Positions 50,671 through 56,581 of a stretch of DNA of 56,581 nucleotides are shown here, in pieces. The translations under genes and the position numbers were made by a program. The notes beneath the pieces are model-generated. The model was not told the origin of the DNA and did not search any database. It saw nothing but the letters and a program-made list of their open reading frames with translations. The DNA comes from an archaeon (GTDB lineage Archaea; Iainarchaeota; Iainarchaeia; Iainarchaeales; GCA-2688035), in contig JBAZQI010000003.1 in assembly GCA_041645325.1 (NCBI GenBank), positions 1 to 56,581 of the forward strand. Reading direction: 5' to 3'. The number at the start of each line of letters is the position of its first letter. Positions within the stretch are counted from its first letter, which is position 1.

Positions 50671-51609
50671 TCATGCCCTTTTTTCCACGAACAGGTGGTA
50701 AACGCCGTGATGGAACCTTTCCTCTGCAATCATTTCATCAATGCTCTTGTCAAACTCGCCTTGTTCCGGCAGGATTTCCTTTGAAACGATTTTTCCGGCA
50801 AACTTGAATGCATCCGGCGACTCCATGACCACCCTGCAATGCCTGAAGCCGCTTTCCTTCATAATCCTGAACAACTCAATCGTCTTTTCCCTGCCCATGA
50901 AATCAGCGTGAATTTCTATGAAGAACTGCATGTTCCTGTCCTTTTTCATCGTTTGGCCCATGCCCCGCAGTATTTCATACTCATAGCCTTCAACATCCAT
51001 CCTGACAATGTCCGGAAGCCTCTTGCCTTCAAGGAAAGAATCAAGGGAAGCAACCTCAACCGAAAGGGTTTCACCGCTCTGGTCAAGGCCAGGGTTCTTG
51101 CAGAATGTTGAAAGGTTGGATTGCCTTGAAACAAAAATGTCCTGCCGCCCGTTCTTGTCGCCAACAGCCAGCTGAAAAACCTCCATGTTGCCATAACCGT
51201 TTGCTTCAATGTTTTTCTTCAGCAATTCAATGTTCTGCGGAATCGGCTCTATTGCATAAACCTTTCCCTTTTTGCCGACAGCCTTTGCCTCCATGAGCGC
51301 ATAATAGCCGATGTTTGCGCCGGCATCAACAATCACCATATCTTCCCGCAGCCTCTTTTGAAACTCGTCCGTTGCATTGTTCTCGCGCTTTCCCCTCAAA
51401 TAAAGGTCGGAAGAAAGGCCCTTGTCCCTGATGTTCAAAAACATCCTGCTTCCCTGGATTTCCTTTAGCACAAAATCCTGCCTGTGCCTCACCCTTGCAA
51501 AAGCCATCCTTGCCCTCGTAACCCTGCGGTCAGCCCGAATAAGCACAATCTTTACGCAGCGCTGCAAAAAAATCAGCGGATTGTCCTGCGAAAGCCTTGC
51601 CCAATTCAT
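50671..51609 (-). CDS. FkbM-family SAM methyltransferase
   Basis: VIVDAGANIGYYALMEAKAVGKKGKVYAIEPIPQNIELLKKNIEANG...LAVGDKNG fits the Methyltransf_21 pattern. It overlaps the upstream radical SAM gene by 4 nt. Confidence 0.85.
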   Translation of the reverse strand: MNWARLSQDNPLIFLQRCVKIVLIRADRRVTRARMAFARVRHRQDFVLKEIQGSRMFLNIRDKGLSSDLYLRGKRENNATDEFQKRLREDMVIVDAGANIGYYALMEAKAVGKKGKVYAIEPIPQNIELLKKNIEANGYGNMEVFQLAVGDKNGRQDIFVSRQSNLSTFCKNPGLDQSGETLSVEVASLDSFLEGKRLPDIVRMDVEGYEYEILRGMGQTMKKDRNMQFFIEIHADFMGREKTIELFRIMKESGFRHCRVVMESPDAFKFAGKIVSKEILPEQGEFDKSIDEMIAEERFHHGVYHLFVEKRA

Positions 51610-53090
51610 TTTCTTTCATCTCCCACTGCTTTTTGAAGCTTTCCTTTTTTTGATTTTGCAACATACTTAATAAATGCCTTTCCGCCCTTCCAAAGCCTCG
51701 GAAATTCAGAGGGCTGTGCAACAACCTGCAAAGCCTTTCCGGCAATATAGCCAGGCCTGAAATAAAATTCCTTTCTTGCCCTGTCACACCATTCAACTAT
51801 TTCCTTATTTGACAAGCCCGGCATTGAAACCATGCAATTGTGCCACCCGTTTTCGTCAACCCAATCAGAAAAATCCCCGGAAACAAGCCAGCCCTTCTCC
51901 CTGAAAAAATCATAAGAGGCTGTTCCAGGATAAACCATTATCGGAAAAAACTGCGCAGAATCAGGGTTAAGCCTTTTGGCAAGCCTGATGGTTGCCATAA
52001 TGGTTTCGGCATTATCGCCCTGGTTGCCAACCATAAAACAGCCGTGCACAAGAATTCCCGCCTTATTTGCATCCCTCACAAATTGCTCCATTGCCGGAAC
52101 AACAGTGCCCTTTGAAACATTGTTCAAAACCTGCTGGCTCCCTGACTCAAAGCCAACGCACAAAAGCCTGCACCCGGCTTTTTTCATAAGCTTCAATGTT
52201 TCCAAAGGGACATCGGCCCTTGCATTGCAGCTCCACTTTACCTTTATCCCTTCCATTATCTTTGCCCTGCAGAACTCATCAACGCGCCCCCGGTCTGCCG
52301 TAAAAGTGTCATCCTCAAAAAAAACCTCCTTGGCATCAGGAAAGCTTTTCTCAATGAATTTCAATTCCCCAATGACATTTGCAATGCCCCTTTTCCTATA
52401 AGGCCCTGTGTTGAGATTCTGCACCCAGTTGCAAAATTTGCATTTGTAGGGGCAGCCCCTTCCCGCAACAATCGCAATCTCAGGATAAAGGTTTGCGCTG
52501 TAAAAATAATCCCTGTAATTCAAATGCTTTTTGTAAACAGAACTCACAAAAGGCAATTCGTCCAAATCCAAAATCTTTTCCCTCAGGTCATTCAAAACAG
52601 CCTTTCCGCCTTTCCTAAAAGCAATGCCCTTCACTTTCCCAAGAGCCGGCTTTTTCTTTCCAAGCTCTTCCGCAAGCTCCCTCAGCGTGTAATCGTATTC
52701 CTGCACGCACACCGCATCAACAGCCTTTGACATCCTCAGGGTTTCCTTTGGCAGCGCGCTCACATGCGTTCCAACAAGCACGCCAAAGCAATCATGCGCT
52801 TTTTTTATTTCTTCAAGCACCTCAACGTCATTCTTTATGCTGGCCGTGCTGGTATCCAGGACAGCCATATCCGGCTTAAAATCCTTCACAATGCCAAGCA
52901 CCTGCTCCCTTGAAAGCGGCACGGCAGGCGCATCCACAAGCTTCACTTCATGCCCTGCCTTTTCCAAAACCCCTGTGGCATAAGCAAGCCAGATTGGGTA
53001 ATAAATTGTGCCCCCTTTGGTTACGCACGGGCTTCTGCTGCTCCTGCTGTACTTTGGAAAAAACGGCGGGTTCAGCATCAAAATTCGCAT
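51606..53090 (-). CDS. Cobalamin-binding (class B) radical SAM enzyme (third copy)
   Basis: MRILMLNPPFFPK...LAYATGVLEKAGHEVKLVDAPAV is the B12 domain and GRGCPYKCKFC is the cluster motif. The N-terminus parallels 27970-29382. Confidence 0.88.
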   Translation of the reverse strand: MRILMLNPPFFPKYSRSSRSPCVTKGGTIYYPIWLAYATGVLEKAGHEVKLVDAPAVPLSREQVLGIVKDFKPDMAVLDTSTASIKNDVEVLEEIKKAHDCFGVLVGTHVSALPKETLRMSKAVDAVCVQEYDYTLRELAEELGKKKPALGKVKGIAFRKGGKAVLNDLREKILDLDELPFVSSVYKKHLNYRDYFYSANLYPEIAIVAGRGCPYKCKFCNWVQNLNTGPYRKRGIANVIGELKFIEKSFPDAKEVFFEDDTFTADRGRVDEFCRAKIMEGIKVKWSCNARADVPLETLKLMKKAGCRLLCVGFESGSQQVLNNVSKGTVVPAMEQFVRDANKAGILVHGCFMVGNQGDNAETIMATIRLAKRLNPDSAQFFPIMVYPGTASYDFFREKGWLVSGDFSDWVDENGWHNCMVSMPGLSNKEIVEWCDRARKEFYFRPGYIAGKALQVVAQPSEFPRLWKGGKAFIKYVAKSKKGKLQKAVGDERK

Positions 53091-53096
53091 TGCATT

Positions 53097-53834
53097 TCAC
53101 TTTTCTTTTTCGCTCAGCTTTTTTGTTTCAAGGTTCGCATGCAGCAAATCCTCAAAATCGCCGGCATCAAGCCATTTTCCCTTCAAAAACTCTGCCCTCA
53201 GCGAATTTTTCTCCAAGTAATGCCTTTGCACATCGGTTATTTCCGTTTCGCCCCTTTTTGACGGCCTGAGCTTCCTGATTACGTCAAAAACATTCGGGCT
53301 CAAAAAGTAAATGCCAACAATTATGTTGCTGCTGGGAGGCTCGCTTGGCTTTTCAATCACTTTCACAACCTTGTTCCCTTCAACAACCGCAACGCCGCTT
53401 TTTTTCGCCTCTTCCATTGTGCCCCTGTAAAGCAAAATCTGCATTTCTTCCTTGTTCCGCACAAACTCGTCCGCAAACAGCCTGAGGGATTCAAACACAA
53501 TGTTGTCGCCATTGATTGAAATGAATTTGTCTTCGCCGACAAAATCCTCGGCCAAAGAAATCGCGCTCGGGATTCCGCCTGCCTCATCCTGCACCCTGTA
53601 CGTAAACTTCACGCCAAAATCCTTGCCGCTGCCAAGATGCGCAAAAAGGTCGCCTGCATGGTAAGTTCCGGTTATCACAAGAATGTCCTTCACGCCTGCA
53701 CTCTTGAGCATTTCAATCGGGTAATAAATCATCGGCTTGTTGTAAACCGGAAGAAGATGCTTGTTGCAAACTTTGGTGAGGGGAAACAAACGACTTCCAG
53801 TTCCCCCTGCAAGAATTACTCCACGAAGCGCCAT
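53097..53834 (-). CDS. rfbA: Glucose-1-phosphate thymidylyltransferase-like (short form)
   Basis: GVILAGGTGSRLFPLTKVCNKHLLPVYNKPMIYYPI is present. The ATG at 53834 is preceded by GGAGGT 8 nt upstream, whereas the track start at 53849 is GTG. Confidence 0.88.
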   Translation of the reverse strand: MALRGVILAGGTGSRLFPLTKVCNKHLLPVYNKPMIYYPIEMLKSAGVKDILVITGTYHAGDLFAHLGSGKDFGVKFTYRVQDEAGGIPSAISLAEDFVGEDKFISINGDNIVFESLRLFADEFVRNKEEMQILLYRGTMEEAKKSGVAVVEGNKVVKVIEKPSEPPSSNIIVGIYFLSPNVFDVIRKLRPSKRGETEITDVQRHYLEKNSLRAEFLKGKWLDAGDFEDLLHANLETKKLSEKEK

Positions 53835-53836
53835 TT

Positions 53837-54127
53837 TCAAAACCTCCACTGGCTAAATCTTTCGTCTAAATATTCTTTTAAAATAAGTAAAAATGATAAT
53901 ACTGAATAAGGCGCAATTTCTTTAGCAAAAAGATATCCTGTCAGAACATAAGAATAAATAAGAACAAAGCCTAGACCTGTAACTGCATTAATTGGTTCTA
54001 TACTGCATAAAATTGGAATGCCTCCCAGCAAAAAGCTAATCAATATGCTCGTAATGTATGGATTTCTAGCCATAAATATCTTGGATTGCACGCCGCTCCA
54101 TTCTTCTTCAATAAATTCTTTTATCAT
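53837..54127 (-). CDS. Hypothetical small membrane protein (96 aa, ~3 TM) in an AT-rich islet
   Basis: Hydrophobic segments include ITSILISFLLGGIPILC, GLGFVLIYSYVLTGYLF and YSVLSFLLIL. No family is recognised. Confidence 0.45.
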   Translation of the reverse strand: MIKEFIEEEWSGVQSKIFMARNPYITSILISFLLGGIPILCSIEPINAVTGLGFVLIYSYVLTGYLFAKEIAPYSVLSFLLILKEYLDERFSQWRF

Positions 54128-54296
54128 CTTTTTTCACCAACTGCTTCCGCCATTGTACCGCACTGTTTTGATATATTTAAATTTGTTTGCAATGTATTAT
54201 TTTGTATGAGCAGAAATACTAAGATAAGGGCATTTGTGGAATCTGTTAAGGAAGCCAAAAAAGACCCTTCTTTCAGGAAATTCATCCGGCAATTCA

Positions 54297-54809
54297 TTAA
54301 GTATCACACGACGTAACTATTTTTTTGAAGTTCTTATAGTCAAAGAATGTTGGTGTTCTGATTAGGTGTTTTCCATTTACCACTTGGTAGCTGTCTACAG
54401 CTTTCTTTGAAAGCATTGTTTTGTTGTCTTCGCTCACTACCATGTCAAGGTTCTTTAACGCGGCTGAAGCGACAATAAGAAAATCGTTTTTTATTTTTTG
54501 CCAGCTTTGAACCCCCTTGTTTCCCTTGAACTCTTTGAAGTATTCTTTAGCCAGTTCTTCGGTTTGTTTGGTTACTGGAATTACATGTTTTCCGGCAATC
54601 AAGTCAAAGTTGTTCAATAGCAGCATCCTATAACCCTGCATTGTTTCTGTTTTTTTCTCTTTTGGGGTATCCCTTAACTCCTTTCTAATCACGGTATTTC
54701 CATAGACTACAATCCTATTGCAGCTTGTGATTCTTTGAACCAAATCCAGGTCAAACTCGATTACATAACCGTAAATGTTTGTATCCAACAAAACCCTTAA
54801 TCTGCCCAT
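54297..54809 (-). CDS. PIN-like domain protein, orphan (no adjacent antitoxin seen)
   Basis: MGRLRVLLDTNIYGYVI...FLIVASAALKNLDMVVSEDNK has Asp/Glu at PIN-like positions. The start at 54809 leaves 2 nt to the rfbB stop and has GGTGGA upstream. Confidence 0.55.
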   Translation of the reverse strand: MGRLRVLLDTNIYGYVIEFDLDLVQRITSCNRIVVYGNTVIRKELRDTPKEKKTETMQGYRMLLLNNFDLIAGKHVIPVTKQTEELAKEYFKEFKGNKGVQSWQKIKNDFLIVASAALKNLDMVVSEDNKTMLSKKAVDSYQVVNGKHLIRTPTFFDYKNFKKIVTSCDT

Positions 54810-54811
54810 TT

Positions 54812-55771
54812 TCATTCCACCAATTGCTTCCACCATTTTTCATTCTGCTTGTACCATTGCACAGTTTCGTGCAATCCTTTCCTGAAATCGGTTTTTGGCT
54901 TCCAGCCAAGCTCTTTTTCAATCTTGCTGCAGTCAAGGCTGTATCTCAAGTCATGTCCAAGCCTGTCAGGCACGCGCTCAATCATTTCTTCTCCTTTTCC
55001 AAGCTCTTTGAGAATAATTTTTGTGAGCTCAATGTTCTGCAGCTCGTTGCCGCCGCCGATATTGTAAATTTCCCCGGCTTTTCCTTTTTCAAGCACCGCC
55101 TCAATGCCATTGCAATTGTCCAAAACAAAAAGCCAATCCCTTACATTCTTGCCCTCCCCATAAAGAGGCACTTTTTTTCCGCGCATCAGGTTTGTTATGA
55201 ACAGCGGAACAACCTTTTCCGGAAACTGGTACATTCCATAATTGTTGCTGCTTCTGGTGACAAGCACAGGCAGGCCGTACGTTGTATAATAGCCCATTGC
55301 AAGCAATTCGCCGCCTGCCTTTGCGGCACTGTAAGGGTTCCTTGGATTCAACATGTCGGTTTCCTTAAAGCTGCCGTTTGCAATCTGGCCATAAACCTCG
55401 TCTGTTGAAATCTGCAAAAAGCGCTTCACGTTTTGCTTCCGCGCTTCCTCGCAGAGCACTTTTACTCCCAAAAAATTGGTTTTTGCAAAAGCATCCGCAT
55501 TCTCAATAGAGCGGTCAACATGGCTCTCCGCGGCAAAATTAACCACAGCCTCGCAGCCTTGCATTGCCCTTTCCACATCTTTGGGAGCGCAAATGTCCCC
55601 TTTCACAAATTTGTAATTGCCCCCACCCTCCAAATCCTGCAGGTTCTCCCTTCTTCCGGCATAAGTCAGCTTGTCAAGGTTCACAATCTCATCGCCCGGC
55701 TTTTTCTCCAAATGCCTTCTGATGTAATTGCTTCCAATGAAACCGCAGCCGCCAGTAACAAGAATCTTCAC
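54812..55771 (-). CDS. rfbB: dTDP-glucose 4,6-dehydratase
   Basis: MKILVTGGCGFIGSNYIRR, AAESHVDRS, STDEVYG, PYSAAKAGGE and NYGMYQFPEK are present. Confidence 0.92.
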   Translation of the reverse strand: MKILVTGGCGFIGSNYIRRHLEKKPGDEIVNLDKLTYAGRRENLQDLEGGGNYKFVKGDICAPKDVERAMQGCEAVVNFAAESHVDRSIENADAFAKTNFLGVKVLCEEARKQNVKRFLQISTDEVYGQIANGSFKETDMLNPRNPYSAAKAGGELLAMGYYTTYGLPVLVTRSSNNYGMYQFPEKVVPLFITNLMRGKKVPLYGEGKNVRDWLFVLDNCNGIEAVLEKGKAGEIYNIGGGNELQNIELTKIILKELGKGEEMIERVPDRLGHDLRYSLDCSKIEKELGWKPKTDFRKGLHETVQWYKQNEKWWKQLVE

Positions 55772-55883
55772 AAAATCACCAAAAAGCCCGCCATATATAT
55801 TATATAATATAATCTTTATCCCCGCGAATTCTTAAATAGGATTTGGTGCATTCCTCAAACGGCAAAAAAACACGGCATTGCCC

Positions 55884-56441
55884 TCATTTTGCCTTTTTTC
55901 CCACAATTGAAAAGTAGGCCGTGCCCAGGTGCCTTGGGAAAAGATAGTCTATGGATTGCCGCCAAAAAAGCTTTTTTTCAACAATCTCAAGGCCAAGCAT
56001 TTTGAACATTGTTTCAATGTGGCCTGGCTGGAACATCATTTTGTGCTGGACAGCAAGCTCTTGGCTTTCCTTGAACCATAACAATGCATGGTAGTTTCCA
56101 AAAGGCCTGCCCTTTTTGTGGTAGCGCCAGTAATCCGCATTGTCGGCAATTACCTGCACAAAGCCATTTGGCTTTGCGTAAATTGCGCAATTGCGCAAAA
56201 ACTGCATTGGGTTTCCCATATGGTCCAAAACGCTTGCGCTGTAAACCAAGTCAAAAGCGTTCCGGAATTTTTCCGGAAGCGGATTTTCAAGGTCCCATGC
56301 CAAATCAGCGCAATCTGTTTTAAAATAGTCCACGCCAAACGCGCCTTCAATCTTGTTGTTCCCGCACCCCAGGTCAAGCTTTTTTCCCGAGATTTCGAAA
56401 ACAGGCACTTCTATGTTACGCGACTCGTTTATCCCATGCAT
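55884..56441 (-). CDS. Class I SAM-dependent methyltransferase (Methyltransf_11-like)
   Basis: KKLDLGCGNNKIEGAFGVD...FDLVYSASVLDHM is present. The track start at 56462 is TTG. The ATG at 56441 sits ~25-30 nt downstream of a TTTAAA box, consistent with a short or absent leader. Confidence 0.75.
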   Translation of the reverse strand: MHGINESRNIEVPVFEISGKKLDLGCGNNKIEGAFGVDYFKTDCADLAWDLENPLPEKFRNAFDLVYSASVLDHMGNPMQFLRNCAIYAKPNGFVQVIADNADYWRYHKKGRPFGNYHALLWFKESQELAVQHKMMFQPGHIETMFKMLGLEIVEKKLFWRQSIDYLFPRHLGTAYFSIVGKKAK

Positions 56442-56465
56442 CTTTAAACCATACGGACGCAAAAA

Positions 56466-56474
56466 GATTTAAAC
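56466..56474. promoter_or_regulatory. Shared TATA-like box (GATTTAAAC) between divergent genes
   Basis: It lies ~25-35 nt from both the minus-strand ATG (56441) and the plus-strand ATG (56506). Confidence 0.3.
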
Positions 56475-56505
56475 TGTATTCCCTTATGTTTTGTGTGATT
56501 CAAAA

Positions 56506-56581
56506 ATGGCCTCTTCTTCCGCCAGCAAAAAACCGGTATCCAAATCAATTTCCGTTTTCTTTCCGGCTTACAATGACGAAG
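56506..56581 (+). CDS. 5' fragment (window-truncated) of a probable GT2 glycosyltransferase
   Basis: The ATG at 56506 opens MASSSASKKPVSKSISVFFPAYNDE..., and the [IV]-x-[IV]-P-A-Y-N-[ED]-E start is typical of GT2 enzymes. Confidence 0.45.
   Translation, partial: MASSSASKKPVSKSISVFFPAYNDE

Noticed and set aside
1-56581. CRISPR arrays, tRNA/rRNA genes, and transposases/integrases/IS ends.
   Set aside because: No regularly spaced repeat array exists; the repeats found have only 2-3 copies at irregular positions. No intergenic segment folds into a cloverleaf or resembles rRNA. No ORF has DDE, tyrosine or serine recombinase motifs.

Overview
This is a gene-dense window of about 60 CDS. I found no rRNA, tRNA, CRISPR array, transposase or integrase. 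The first ~7.5 kb holds purine/methionine salvage genes (mtnP, apt) and toxin-antitoxin-type modules: an AbrB-like/nucleotidyltransferase fusion, hicAB and a vapBC-like pair. It also holds the first sugar genes.

From ~4.2 kb to the window end runs one very large nucleotide-sugar / surface-glycan super-locus. Its contents are:
- Four sugar-1-P nucleotidyltransferases.
- An intein-containing UDP-glucose 6-dehydrogenase, UDP-xylose synthase and a second nucleotide-sugar dehydrogenase.
- sat-cysC (PAPS synthesis) packed behind a pyruvate kinase that carries an N-terminal winged-helix domain.
- rfbA/rfbB and wecB.
- A complete pseudaminic-acid-like nonulosonic acid operon.
- At least 9 glycosyltransferases (GT2, GT4, GT-C-like, one large GT-B) and two Wzx-type flippases.
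- Many tailoring enzymes: 5 SAM methyltransferases, 3 cobalamin-type radical SAM enzymes, a NodU/CmcH carbamoyltransferase, LbH acetyltransferases, and an AAC(3)-like acyltransferase coupled to a 3-hydroxybutyryl-CoA dehydrogenase.

A co-directional minus-strand array runs from ~55.8 kb down to ~35.3 kb with many 4-nt start/stop overlaps.

The source looks archaeal, possibly DPANN-like and metagenome-derived, but this is inference only. The supporting signals are TTTAAAT/TTTATA boxes ~25-45 nt upstream of starts, GGAGG-type SD sequences, a DUF2080-like domain, and an intein in a host protein that also carries a catalogued Methanocaldococcus intein.

The observations I consider most worth follow-up are:
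- The wHTH-pyruvate kinase fusion co-operonic with sat-cysC, with a phased direct repeat over its promoter.
- A membrane-helix-less, arginine-rich phosphoglycosyltransferase-like protein with a second hyper-basic partner.
- Three class-B radical SAM enzymes in a glycan locus.
- The hbd/AAC(3)-like/deacetylase-like trio.
- A 590-aa GT-B with an H-P motif heading the nonulosonic acid operon.
- AT-rich inserts, one of which splits rfbA from rfbB and carries an orphan PIN protein.
- A recurring box-plus-hairpin intergenic element.

Coordinates I derived by hand (repeats, hairpins, alternative starts) may be off by 1-2 nt.
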